Assembly: GCA_030167865.1 (NCBI GenBank)
Contig: JALAGF010000012.1
Location: 1-55,423, forward strand
Reading direction: 5' to 3'
DNA from: Craspedostauros australis
Lineage: Eukaryota
DNA length: 55,423 nucleotides
Position numbers and translations under genes: made by a program. This document shows, piece after piece, positions 23,284 to 33,400 of this stretch. The number at the start of each line of letters is the position of its first letter. Position 1 is the stretch's first letter. The notes beneath the pieces are model-generated. The model saw nothing but the letters and a program-made list of their open reading frames with translations. It did no database searches and had not been told where the DNA came from.

Positions 23284-25317
23284 ATGGATCACGCAGAGAC
23301 GAGCGAAGATCATGCTTCGGCATCATCTGCATTGTCCAGCAACGGCCATGACAATGGCAGTGACAATGGCAGTGACAATGGCAGCGGTAGCGACAAGGAC
23401 GGAGATACTGACGCTGGATCAGTCATGCATGGTCCATCCATGCCAGGTGACAGCGATCAGCATCAGCTCCCTCAGCATGATGAAGGCAGCAGCGGCCAAG
23501 GGGGGAGACACCAAAGAGGCAACCAAAGGAAGGATGATCCGCACAAGATCCCAACAGGCGTCGAAGTCTCATGGCAAGGCACAACGGCGACGCTGTCGTT
23601 CCTCAATCCCAAGCCCATCGCTGTATGCTTCAATGGCAAGGCGATTCTGCGCTGTCAGAAGGGCAGCCTGACTGTGCTGGGATACCGCATGGACTCCCAA
23701 CGCAAGCACACGGCCACATTCATTTGCCCCACATGGATGAACAGCACGACCATCACGCGGGTATCTCAGGGGACCGTGCTGCAAGTCAAGTCGATCCGTC
23801 CGGCAGCGGGGGTTCCCTCCTTCTGCATCCTCGATCCGCAGCACTGCAGACCCATCCTGATCCCATGGTCGTGGAACAAGTCTGTGGGCGATGTCGTGAC
23901 GGACCTGCATCGCAGCGACGATCGTGCGCGCGTCGTCATTTGCGGTGCCAAGGGAGTTGGCAAATCCACCTGTCTGCGGTACACCGTCAATCAACTGCTT
24001 TCGCATGAATCTTCCTTTGAACAGATCGCTATCCTCGACGCCGATGCCGGTCAACCGGAACTTGGTCCACCTGGCATGCTGACCTTGCATGTCGTGCGTC
24101 GTCCGTTGCTGATGGCGCCGCATTGGAACAACATCCAGGATGACAAGCATCATCCAGGGATTCCTCAAGCAACCGCAAGCACGAATGTGAGTATGCATGA
24201 GGACACATCGCATACGTCAGCGAAAGACACAGACAGCAGGAATGATGAGGACGATATTCGATTGATCTCAGCACGATTCTACGGCGCCACAACTTCCAAA
24301 TGGGACCCGACCCTGTTCATGGATTCTGTCCAGTCGCTGTTGCAAGACTACACACGATTCGTGACGCCCGATGGCGCGGAAACTCGCACCCCTCTGGTGG
24401 TCAACCTCGATGGTTGGATCCGTGGCATCGGATACCAGCTGCTTTCCGCAATGGTCACGAACACCGGGTTGCATCCGACGCACGTGATGCAGCTCGTCGG
24501 CAACTCCTCTGCGAATTCATTCGATCTGTCGGGCGTCGTCGGCTCCGAATTGGTCACGGACACTGCGCTGTACACGCTCAATGCATTTGATCCCAATGCC
24601 ATCGCCTCGATACTCCCCAATGCGGAAATGGACGAGCATGACAGACAGCAGCTGGTGCAAATGCAGTCCATGCGCATCATCAAGTCGTCCGTGTCGTCCA
24701 AGATCATCAGAGAGCTGCGGCTGGGAATGTACTTCGCACCGGATGTCAAGCTCTGGGATCAGCTCGATGAATGCGTCTCGCAAGCCAACGGCTTTGATGA
24801 TGAGTACTGCAGCCTCGCGCAGGTCTTGGCGTCCGCCAGACCGTACTACGTCCCCATGGGTGCGGTGAATTACGGGATGGTGGGTCCCGACAGCCATGAC
24901 ATTTACACCAACGAGGCCATGTTGCGTGCGCTCAATGCGAACATCGTGGGACTCTGTCGAAGGCAGCAGGATGATGGTCATTCAGACGCAGCGTCGGGTT
25001 CGGTTCTGGATTGTGTGGGATTCGGTCTCATCCGTTCCATCGATTATGCCAAGTCCGCATTCTACATCCTCACTCCAGTCCATCCGACCATACTCCCGAC
25101 AGTCACGCACTTGCAATGCGGCAATATGGAATTGCCATTGTCCTTCGTCTTCCGTGGCATCAACACAGATTCGTTTGCCTACATCACGATGAACGGCAAC
25201 ACCGCGGGCGGAAAGCAGCACAAGAACAACGAACGTATCTTGGGATCCGCTCCCATGCAGAGTCGGAATGGCATTCAACGCAAGAGCTTGGCCAACAAAC
25301 CGTCAGTCTATCAATGA
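23284..25317 (+). CDS. NOL9: Polynucleotide 5'-hydroxyl kinase NOL9/Grc3 (Clp1 family)
   Basis: P-loop 'CGAKGVGKST', 'LDADAGQPELGPPG', 'VVNLDGWIRGIG', 'RELRL' and C-terminal 'CVGFGLIRSID...FYILTP'. First ATG at 23284; true start uncertain. Confidence 0.88.
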   Translation: MDHAETSEDHASASSALSSNGHDNGSDNGSDNGSGSDKDGDTDAGSVMHGPSMPGDSDQHQLPQHDEGSSGQGGRHQRGNQRKDDPHKIPTGVEVSWQGTTATLSFLNPKPIAVCFNGKAILRCQKGSLTVLGYRMDSQRKHTATFICPTWMNSTTITRVSQGTVLQVKSIRPAAGVPSFCILDPQHCRPILIPWSWNKSVGDVVTDLHRSDDRARVVICGAKGVGKSTCLRYTVNQLLSHESSFEQIAILDADAGQPELGPPGMLTLHVVRRPLLMAPHWNNIQDDKHHPGIPQATASTNVSMHEDTSHTSAKDTDSRNDEDDIRLISARFYGATTSKWDPTLFMDSVQSLLQDYTRFVTPDGAETRTPLVVNLDGWIRGIGYQLLSAMVTNTGLHPTHVMQLVGNSSANSFDLSGVVGSELVTDTALYTLNAFDPNAIASILPNAEMDEHDRQQLVQMQSMRIIKSSVSSKIIRELRLGMYFAPDVKLWDQLDECVSQANGFDDEYCSLAQVLASARPYYVPMGAVNYGMVGPDSHDIYTNEAMLRALNANIVGLCRRQQDDGHSDAASGSVLDCVGFGLIRSIDYAKSAFYILTPVHPTILPTVTHLQCGNMELPLSFVFRGINTDSFAYITMNGNTAGGKQHKNNERILGSAPMQSRNGIQRKSLANKPSVYQ

Positions 25318-25422
25318 TGCACTTGTATTCGTGCGGCACGATCATAAATGACTAGATTCAACAAGTAGAATGGAACAGTATCATTACGAGGACCATGAGC
25401 CATGACATTGACACTGACACCG

Positions 25423-27783
25423 TTACAAGTTCGACACGGACAGACTGGTGAGATCCGTGGGCGACTTTTCGATGGATTCGACGGAATGTTCCTTGTCACC
25501 ACCCAACCGCAACCGCTGATCATGGTAGGCAAGCAAACTGGGGCGATGCCCGACACTGATGTAGGTCAGACCGGGCGCTGACAAACCACCGTTCTGCTGC
25601 AGATCGCGACGCGCCATGTTCTGCAGCAGGGTGTACATCCTGGCCTCAGCCACCATGTCCAACGCCGATGTGGCCTCATCCAGGATCACCAATCTCGGTT
25701 GGTTGACGAGAACGCGCCCAAAGGCCAGCCGCTGCTGTTCGCCCAACGAGAGCGTGTTGCTCCAATCCAGCTTGGTCTGCAGTCCACGGTAGGCATCGCC
25801 GTCACCGGCACGGCTAGCGAGCTGACCCAGATCAACCTTTTCAAGAATCTCGAGCAGATCGTCATCCGTCATGGCCTGCTTCAGAAGATGGGCGCGCGAA
25901 AAGACGTGGCCTTCGGGATAATCCTCCGTGTCGAGGGTATCGAGGCTGGGATATAGAAGCTGATCCTTCAAGGAACCCAGGGTACAATAGGGACGCTGCG
26001 GCAGAAAGTAGACATCGGAATCATGCGGGCGCCGGATCTCTCCGTTGCCAATCGTCCAGAGTCCCGCGATGGCACGCAGCAGACTGGACTTGCCGGCGCC
26101 GGAGTTACCGACGATGAGCATGTTCTGGCCTTCCTCTAGATCGACGGACAGATCGCGGATGAGGATGCGCTTCTTGTCGGGCGTGCACAGATCGAGGTTG
26201 TCCAATTTCAAGATAGATTCCTTCGGATTGCCAGATTTCTCCGCCATCATTTCGGATGCGGGCATTTGCAGCATGCTGATGAGACCGACGAGGAGATCAT
26301 CGACCATGACTTCGGGTGTCACCGCCTTCTTGCCATCGTCGTTTTCACTATCTGCGCTGTCCTCAGCCTGCGCCGCCGTGGCGTTGGCCAGCATGAGAAG
26401 AGACGAAGCGTCCTCACGCTGCGGATCGGAAGCGCGCATGACGGTGAGGAATTGCGAGAGACGGTCGATGCCGGCGCTGAATCGCGACAGCTGCTCGAAC
26501 TGGTTGACGATGATGCTGAGATCGTTGAGAATGTGATTGAAGGCACCGACGGACTGCGAGATGACGCCGAGCTCGATGGCGCCGGCAAAATAGCGAGGCG
26601 CGACGACTGTGATGGGCAGGAGCTGGATCATGAATCGGTATCCGTTCGTGAAGAACTCGAGGTTACGTTGGTTGCCGATGATGTCGCGGTAGTTGGAGAT
26701 GACCTTCTTGAGGCGGTCCTGCACGCCCTTACCCTCCAGGTCCTCGCCGGCGTAGAAGGCGATGGACTCGGCGTTGTCGCGCACGCGGACGAGGGAGTAA
26801 CGGAAGTCTGCCTCCTTCTGCAGCTGGTCGTAGTTGAAACGCACGAGGTCCTTCCCGAGGTATCCCGTCGTGATGGTACCGAAGACAGCGTAGGCGATGA
26901 TGGCGATGAAGAGCTGCGGGTAGATGGAGTAGAGGATGAAGGAGAAACTGACCAGATCGATGATCGACGTGACGATGGTGAGGAAGAGCTGCAGGGAGAA
27001 GCTGGTGAAGGACTTGACGTCCTCGGCGATGCGCTGATCCGGATTGTCGATGTCATTGGCCTGCTCCAGAGCGTAGTAGACCCTGTTCTCCTGGTAGAGC
27101 TGGATGGTGCGATCCGTCATCCATTCTCTCCAGTGCAGGGCGAGGCGTTCGCGCTGGAATTTGTACATGGTGACGACGGGAGCACCCGCCAGCAGGGCAG
27201 CGAGGTACTTGGTGAGGACGTTGTAGAATTCATCCGTGTTCTTGGCAGACAGCGCATTCCAAAAGTCCTTTCCGAGGTAGGAGAAGGCGACGCTGACACC
27301 GCTGTTCATGAGAGTGAGGCCGATCATGCCAGCGAACAGCCACTTAGCCTTGCTGCTCTCGCTGTAGTACGGCGACGCCATCTCCCAGAACAGCTTGGCC
27401 TGCTTCGACACCTTGTTCCAGTCCAGGTTGCTTCCTCCAATGATCTCGGCGTCTTCCACGCCGTTGGCCTCCTTCGCATCGTTGGCTTTGGATGCTGCAA
27501 TTGTTTCATCTTCGGAGTCTCCCGATGCTTTCAACGCGGACGATGCGCGATGGCCATCGTTGCGCAGATCCCATGGTCGCTGTGCATGGCTGGATGGCAG
27601 CGTCGCGGCCACCGTGGATCGTCCCAGAGCGCCATTGCCACCCACGCAGGATCCTCGCGCCGCGGCGGGCTGCACATAGGCCGAAGAATAGCTCGCATTC
27701 CACAACAATGGCAGCAGCAGCAGCAAACCGAGCACCCTTCCACTGTTGACTGACGTCATTGTCGGCTCTCCTTTTTTCTTCAT
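25423..27783 (-). CDS. ABC transporter subfamily D half-transporter (SbmA/BacA/ABCD-like), probably plastid-targeted
   Basis: 786 aa. 'DNPDQRIAED', EAA-like 'KEADFRYSLVRVRDNAESIAFY', Walker A GNSGAGKSS, 'LPQRPY', signature LSLGEQQRL, Walker B 'VILDEATSALD' and 'ISVGHR'. Signal peptide ends 'SSA-YVQP'. Alternative start at ATG 27759. Confidence 0.93.
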   Translation of the reverse strand: MKKKGEPTMTSVNSGRVLGLLLLLPLLWNASYSSAYVQPAAARGSCVGGNGALGRSTVAATLPSSHAQRPWDLRNDGHRASSALKASGDSEDETIAASKANDAKEANGVEDAEIIGGSNLDWNKVSKQAKLFWEMASPYYSESSKAKWLFAGMIGLTLMNSGVSVAFSYLGKDFWNALSAKNTDEFYNVLTKYLAALLAGAPVVTMYKFQRERLALHWREWMTDRTIQLYQENRVYYALEQANDIDNPDQRIAEDVKSFTSFSLQLFLTIVTSIIDLVSFSFILYSIYPQLFIAIIAYAVFGTITTGYLGKDLVRFNYDQLQKEADFRYSLVRVRDNAESIAFYAGEDLEGKGVQDRLKKVISNYRDIIGNQRNLEFFTNGYRFMIQLLPITVVAPRYFAGAIELGVISQSVGAFNHILNDLSIIVNQFEQLSRFSAGIDRLSQFLTVMRASDPQREDASSLLMLANATAAQAEDSADSENDDGKKAVTPEVMVDDLLVGLISMLQMPASEMMAEKSGNPKESILKLDNLDLCTPDKKRILIRDLSVDLEEGQNMLIVGNSGAGKSSLLRAIAGLWTIGNGEIRRPHDSDVYFLPQRPYCTLGSLKDQLLYPSLDTLDTEDYPEGHVFSRAHLLKQAMTDDDLLEILEKVDLGQLASRAGDGDAYRGLQTKLDWSNTLSLGEQQRLAFGRVLVNQPRLVILDEATSALDMVAEARMYTLLQNMARRDLQQNGGLSAPGLTYISVGHRPSLLAYHDQRLRLGGDKEHSVESIEKSPTDLTSLSVSNL

Positions 27784-27831
27784 TTTCTATCACGCTTATC
27801 GGCTGATCAGTTGAGACGGTGTAGATGCGAC

Positions 27832-27852
27832 CTCTCTCTCTCTCTCTCTCTC
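27832..27852. repeat. (CT)n microsatellite upstream of the ABCD gene
   Basis: About 10 CT units, read directly. Confidence 0.9.
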
Positions 27853-29228
27853 TGGAGTACGTATGTGTGTGCGTTGGAGACTCCACAAGTACAGGCAAGT
27901 GCTGATCGTGCTGGTAAGCTGTAGTGTGGCAGACAAGAGGGATGTTCTTCCTGATGTTCCGTTCGCAGAATGACGGCCCAAAGATCTCCTCCGCCATGGT
28001 CACCAGATTTTGGATTTCTGTGTTGTTTCCTCAGAATGACGTAATTGTCGTGACTCAGAACCAACTTCAATCCCGCATACATCACGAGGAGCGATTCAGT
28101 CGGTGTGGTCGAATATGACCGTTGAGGTCATGACAGAGATGGGCGAATGTGTGAAAGAACGTGCCAAGAAAAGTCGCGCCACCAAGTCACACTTTCCAAT
28201 CACGAAACGTCTCGTTTCGCTTCCGCACATCGTGCTTGTCCTCGTTGTTGTTGTTGTTGCCGTTTCGTGTTGTGGACAGCGTGTTCGCACACGTGTTGCT
28301 GATCGCAGTCGTTGACTCGAATGCGGCGTGCCTTGTTGCCTTTCTTCCTACTGTAATCGTGATTGCTGTGATGGCTGACTACAGAATCTTCGTGTGCACA
28401 GAGGAGAGTACTCGCATGAAGGGCGCCAGATCAAGAGTCCGCCATGTGGTGCCCTTGTGTGTCAGAAGAGAATTCAGTCAGAGAAGCAACTTGGTGCTGA
28501 CTGGTATGAAAGACGATGCAGAAGCGTTGTTGTCCGGTTCGGTCGGGTTCGCTGTCGACCATCTTGGGGCCGTTTTGTCAGGGGTTTCTCACAGTCGTTA
28601 AATACTGTTTCACACTTCCTTGGTTTCGCTCCTCACACATCCACTCCCGCCAAAGAAACAAGACGATGACCAGTGAGATGAAGTGAGGCGGCGCGTGATG
28701 TGATGAGATGGCGCACGGACCCATGCTGGTCCTCGTGTCGGTCGCACATCCTGGAGTACTCGTGCCTTCTGAGTATTGGGATGTGCGCAAAGAGTGAGAG
28801 AGATAGAGAGAGCGAGGGACGACACGGAAGCGAAGTGTGGGATGCTGCACCTGGACCGAATGTCACTGCAGACGCCACTGCAGACCCACATCAACATCAA
28901 CATCGCCAACATCACCATCATCGTTCTCTGCTGACAGGTCACAAATCGGTCGAAAAAGGTAACGCAACACACTGCTCCACACCGTTCCACCTCGATTTTG
29001 TACAGGCACACATTGATCCCGTCAGTCAGGATCATTACAACCCGTCGCTGGTTTGCAACATCTGGCAGCCATACAACGAAGGAAAGAAGCCATTCATCAC
29101 TGCGTTGCCTTGTGCCATCACACTTTCATAGTATTGCCACACATTCGACGCTGCGTATGTACGCATGCGATACGCCCACAATACCATACGCCCGCAATAA
29201 GTAACGTCATTCACCACAACCTTCGACC

Positions 29229-30524
29229 ATGACTCCGCTGCCGAAACAATCTGGATGCTCATACATCCAGCCATCGCTCATCATGAACCATCAACATCAT
29301 ACACCCCATCCACATTATGTGCACCAGCAACGAGAACTGCAACACCGTCATCAGCAGAAGGATCTTTCGTCATCCAAGACGCAGTCATCAACGCTGCAAT
29401 CGTGCGCAGCAACGATGTCCAAGGGAGTTGCCGGCGGACACAATGTGCACAAGTCGTCTGTCTCTTCATGTGCGGATCTCGTTGACGATGCATCCTCAAG
29501 CCACCAGCATCCACAGCATCATCCAAAGCACCAGCGACTGTGCCTCGATCAGCATAACGAACACACCCACGACGCACCGCACTTGAAGCGGGACTGCAGC
29601 GCCAGCACCGCCATCACAGCACTTTCCTCCATATCGTCATCATCCAGCCGTCATGGCAGAATCGACTTCACGCTGCCCGACGCAAGCCGCCAGGACTCAC
29701 TCGGAGCCCAGCATACACAGCAATCGGAAGAGAAACTTTCGAACCCAAACACCTGCTCGACACCAACGGCCACAGCTCCGCTCAATGCGGACACGGAAGC
29801 AAGCTGCCAGGCTTACGTCGATCTGCTCTCGTCCAAGTCGTTCGCCGTGACGCTGGAGCTACTGATGAAGAGCGTTCAGCTCAAAAGCTACCAGCGTCGG
29901 CTGTTCCAAAAGCGGCAGAGCCAACAGACAACCACCAAATTCTCGATCAACTACTTCCACGAGCTCTTCTACAAAGGCCAGGTGATTTGGAGATTGACCA
30001 CCACCTGCGAGGGCAGCTGGCATGGGCTGTCCGGGCAGTCGTCCAACGTCGTCCTCGGCACCGACGGTTACTTGGCCATTCGCGTTTGCAGCAAGAGGGC
30101 GGTGTCCAACAACCCGGGCCTCTGCGCGCGGCGCAACGACACCTACCGCCTCAATGTCTTTGATCTGTTGCGCAGTTCGGCGGAGAGCTACAGGCTCAAC
30201 TCGGGCGGAAGGACGACGCTATCCACCATGCGCAACAATGCATCGTCCGATGAACGACCTCCGATGTCGATGCCACCATCGTCAGTCTGGAACGATGGCG
30301 GAGCACGCACTTCACAGTCGCAGCGATTATCGCTGCCGAAATCTCCAAAATCGGCGCAATCTATCTGGCGCAAGGGTACGCAGTGCCTCTCGTCACCGGA
30401 GCTTGCCACCAAGATGAGCGTCGCGCAGCATGTCAAGACCACACGGAATCAAGAGTGGCCCATGTTTCTCAAGAACTTCGTCGCATTGGCTGACGATGAA
30501 GGTGAATTGCACTACATTGAGTAG
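29229..30524 (+). CDS. Hypothetical protein; H/Q/S-rich N-terminus and globular-looking C-terminal half
   Basis: 431-aa ATG ORF with coding-like codon usage; no family recognised. Confidence 0.7.
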   Translation: MTPLPKQSGCSYIQPSLIMNHQHHTPHPHYVHQQRELQHRHQQKDLSSSKTQSSTLQSCAATMSKGVAGGHNVHKSSVSSCADLVDDASSSHQHPQHHPKHQRLCLDQHNEHTHDAPHLKRDCSASTAITALSSISSSSSRHGRIDFTLPDASRQDSLGAQHTQQSEEKLSNPNTCSTPTATAPLNADTEASCQAYVDLLSSKSFAVTLELLMKSVQLKSYQRRLFQKRQSQQTTTKFSINYFHELFYKGQVIWRLTTTCEGSWHGLSGQSSNVVLGTDGYLAIRVCSKRAVSNNPGLCARRNDTYRLNVFDLLRSSAESYRLNSGGRTTLSTMRNNASSDERPPMSMPPSSVWNDGGARTSQSQRLSLPKSPKSAQSIWRKGTQCLSSPELATKMSVAQHVKTTRNQEWPMFLKNFVALADDEGELHYIE

Positions 30525-31066
30525 AATACAAGTATGTACTCGTACGTAGGTCAGATTTGAGTAGACCAGATTGCAGTACTGGTGGAACAGAGCACTTTCG
30601 TTTCGCGGTACCGGAGCTGATCCACGTAACACTTCTCCAAATGCTATCGCGTGAGCCATTCACTCTGCCGGTCCACCATCTTCCGCGTTCACGTCCTTCC
30701 TTTCCAATAGTCGTGTGAGCCCCACTGCACAATAGAGCATAGTACAACACTTCAGCGAGACATGCAATGAAAGCGTGAATCCAATCTTCGGCACTGGTTA
30801 TCAGCTGGTGGTCGCCTCTCAAAGAACATTGTAGGTAGTGACAATGAATCAGCAGCGACAAGTCGCCGTCGCCGTATCGAAGCAGTTATTGCAACCATGA
30901 TGACATATGCCTCACCGACTCCTCTTCGCTATCATAGCATGCAAATGAGTTGCGAGCACACGAGGAGTGTCACAGGATAGCACTCTTTAACTCTCCAGAG
31001 AGATTACTCCACACCGCAAGTCCTCGTACGGGTATATATGGCATAGCGCTTACTTGGTGACATGGA

Positions 31067-31094
31067 GTACTCGTACTCGTACGCGTACTCGTAC
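31067..31094. repeat. (GTACTC)n hexamer array just downstream of the SAM50 stop codon
   Basis: gtactc gtactc gtacgc gtactc gtac, read directly. Confidence 0.9.
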
Positions 31095-31142
31095 TTATGC
31101 AGTATCTGTACAACCGCATCGATGCGCCATACCACGCAGACC

Positions 31143-32783
31143 CTATCCAAAGTTGAAACCAAAGCCCAGCTGCATGTTCCGTCTCGCATCGCGCGGACCG
31201 TATCGTATCGGATAGGCGTATGTGAACTCAAGCCGCCCCATCGGCGTCGCCGCCGAGATGCCAGCTCCCGCCGCGACGCGGCTGCTGCGCAGGATTGTAT
31301 CGGCCGAGACGTCGGTCGTGCCTGACAAGGTGCCAGCGTTGGCAAATCCAAACAAACGCACGCCGTAATCCCGCAGCAGACCACCTGGTGCGATGCTGGC
31401 GGCGACGGACGCCGTGTAGAAGAGGCTTCCGCCCAAGGCGTCTCCACCAGGCGTAACCGACCCTCCCTTGCCGGCGGAACGAGGTCCGATGCCGGCCGGC
31501 AAGAATCCTCGTAGCTGCATGGGACCGCCGACGAAGAATCGATCGGAGATGGAAGGCGGCTTGCAAAGGCCGTTGTACGAGATGGGCTTGACGATGCCGC
31601 CCGCGAGGGAACCATGCAAGGCCACGGCGCCGTTGGCGATGAGGGGGACGTGCAGCGCGAGACCGCCCTGCGCTTTGGCGAAGCCCAGATCACCGGGCGG
31701 ACCGGCAAGCTGGAGCTTGTAGTTGTAGTCGACGCCGGCTGTGGGCTGGAAGCGGCTGTCGCAGAGCTCGCCGTTCGAGCGTTCCTCCCACGAAATGGAA
31801 TGCAGCACGGACGGGCCGGACTGCGCAACGATCTCCGGCGAGGCATCGGCCGCGTACGGCATGTCCGCATGCTTGCGTGGCACGATATCACGAAAGAGGA
31901 GGCTCCAGTCCAAGCCCCAGTATCCCAACGGCGCCATTTCTGGGCGCGCGATGCGACCCTGATTGTCCAGGCGCATCATGAGCTGCCTCTGAAACTCCCT
32001 GTAACTGCGCGTCCAGTCGTACTCCACGGTGTCGATCGATGCTCTGGCCGACAGCGCGTACTGGCTGCCCTTGTCGAAGGACAGGATGGAGGCCGCCCAG
32101 TCGCTGTCTTCGCCGAACCAGGCATACAACGGGCGTTCGTGCGAGAGGAGGAAGCTGCTGGTGGTGGTTTGGTCGACGGTGTACAGCATCTGCGATCGAT
32201 CCAGATTGCCCGTGAGATTGAGCAACGTCGCCGACGTCTCGAACTGCGCCTTGGGGAGGCTCGCACCCCCGCCCTGACCCATGGACTGCTCCAACCCATC
32301 GTGCTTCAACCCCCCGCCGATGTAGAGGGAGTACCAATTCTTTTCCTCCAGCACCACCGTCATCTTGTGCGCTTGTTGTGCATCTGCATCCGCGTCTGCA
32401 GAGCCGCCACCAGCCTCGCCATTGCTGCCGCCGGATTGATCAAGGTCCAGATCAAATGTGACGGAACGAAAGCACCCCGTCTTCATGAGATTGTCTATGG
32501 TTTGCGCAATGCCCTCCTGCAGATCGGGGAAGGGTTGCAGGCCTTGAAACAGAACGCCATTCTCGATGAGCCTGGCGTTGACGAGATCGGTGTCCGTCCG
32601 CAGTGGTTTGTCGGACTTCTTCGACTTGACGAGGGCTGGGAACAGGACATTGAGAGGATAGTTGGCAATGAAGCTGCCAAACTGCTGTTCGTGCATCTGC
32701 TGCGCTCGTGCCCGCAGGGCTTGCTGCACTCTGGACGGAGCCTCCTCGCTGTCGCTTCCATCGCCGCCGCCGCCGCCGTTCAT
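31143..32783 (-). CDS. SAM50: Sam50/Tob55 Omp85-family mitochondrial outer-membrane beta-barrel insertase
   Basis: 546 aa. Single POTRA-like region ('LRTDTDLV', 'LMKTGCFRSV', 'VVLEEK'), 'NLTGNLD', 'RFFVGGPMQLRGF..AGIGPR', 'DALGG', 'RLFGFANAG', 'GRLEFTY' and C-terminal beta-signal 'QLGFGFNFG'. Confidence 0.92.
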   Translation of the reverse strand: MNGGGGGDGSDSEEAPSRVQQALRARAQQMHEQQFGSFIANYPLNVLFPALVKSKKSDKPLRTDTDLVNARLIENGVLFQGLQPFPDLQEGIAQTIDNLMKTGCFRSVTFDLDLDQSGGSNGEAGGGSADADADAQQAHKMTVVLEEKNWYSLYIGGGLKHDGLEQSMGQGGGASLPKAQFETSATLLNLTGNLDRSQMLYTVDQTTTSSFLLSHERPLYAWFGEDSDWAASILSFDKGSQYALSARASIDTVEYDWTRSYREFQRQLMMRLDNQGRIARPEMAPLGYWGLDWSLLFRDIVPRKHADMPYAADASPEIVAQSGPSVLHSISWEERSNGELCDSRFQPTAGVDYNYKLQLAGPPGDLGFAKAQGGLALHVPLIANGAVALHGSLAGGIVKPISYNGLCKPPSISDRFFVGGPMQLRGFLPAGIGPRSAGKGGSVTPGGDALGGSLFYTASVAASIAPGGLLRDYGVRLFGFANAGTLSGTTDVSADTILRSSRVAAGAGISAATPMGRLEFTYAYPIRYGPRDARRNMQLGFGFNFG

Positions 32784-32893
32784 GGTTGTTGCGTCTCGAC
32801 AACTCTCTTGGGAGTATAATACTATGAACTATTCTGGAGAGCGTCTCTGTGGAGATCGGAGACGGATGACTTGGTGTCGCGGTGCCGAAGTCG

Positions 32894-32950
32894 TATGTAC
32901 TAATATGTACTAATATGTACTATTCTGTTGTAATATAGAATAATATAGAA
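32894..32950. repeat. Two adjacent 10-bp tandem repeats, (TATGTACTAA)x3 and (TAATATAGAA)x2, upstream of SAM50
   Basis: Read directly at 32894-32922 and 32931-32950. Confidence 0.85.
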
Positions 32951-33400
32951 TACGATCTACACTATCGTCGTCAACTTTGGAACTTGCGATGCGTGATGGA
33001 GAGTATAATGGGTCGTACTCTGCTGTGTTGGTGTTTGGGATTCTGATTCGTTGCGATGTGATGCCTCCCGATGATCATGGTGATCGCGGCGATCGTGATG
33101 TTGTTGGCAGATCGTGTGTGATGCCAAGAGATCTTGTGGACGGAGCAAAGAAACACGAATGAACAATCTGTATGTCCGTCGTCAGGTAAGCTATGCGATT
33201 GCTTCCGAGAACGCGTGCAGGCGGAGTCCTCTTTGGTCCAGGGCATTCTACTACTATGCTTGTACGAGCTATTATGGTTGTATGCACTTGCGACTCATCT
33301 CTCTCTCTCTCCCATTTCAGAGACCATGAATGATGCGGGTAAAGGACCATGCGTATAGTACGTCACACTAGCACAATCACTGTTACTTTCTACTCTCACT

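Noticed and set aside
26266..27753. 495-aa plus-strand ORF
   Set aside because: Antisense shadow of the ABCD gene produced by biased codon usage; no motifs.
31067..31094. Short repeats as a possible CRISPR or telomeric array
   Set aside because: No spacers, units too short, eukaryotic context, and not TTAGGG-like.
31614..32819. 401-aa plus-strand ORF
   Set aside because: Antisense to SAM50; no independent coding signal.
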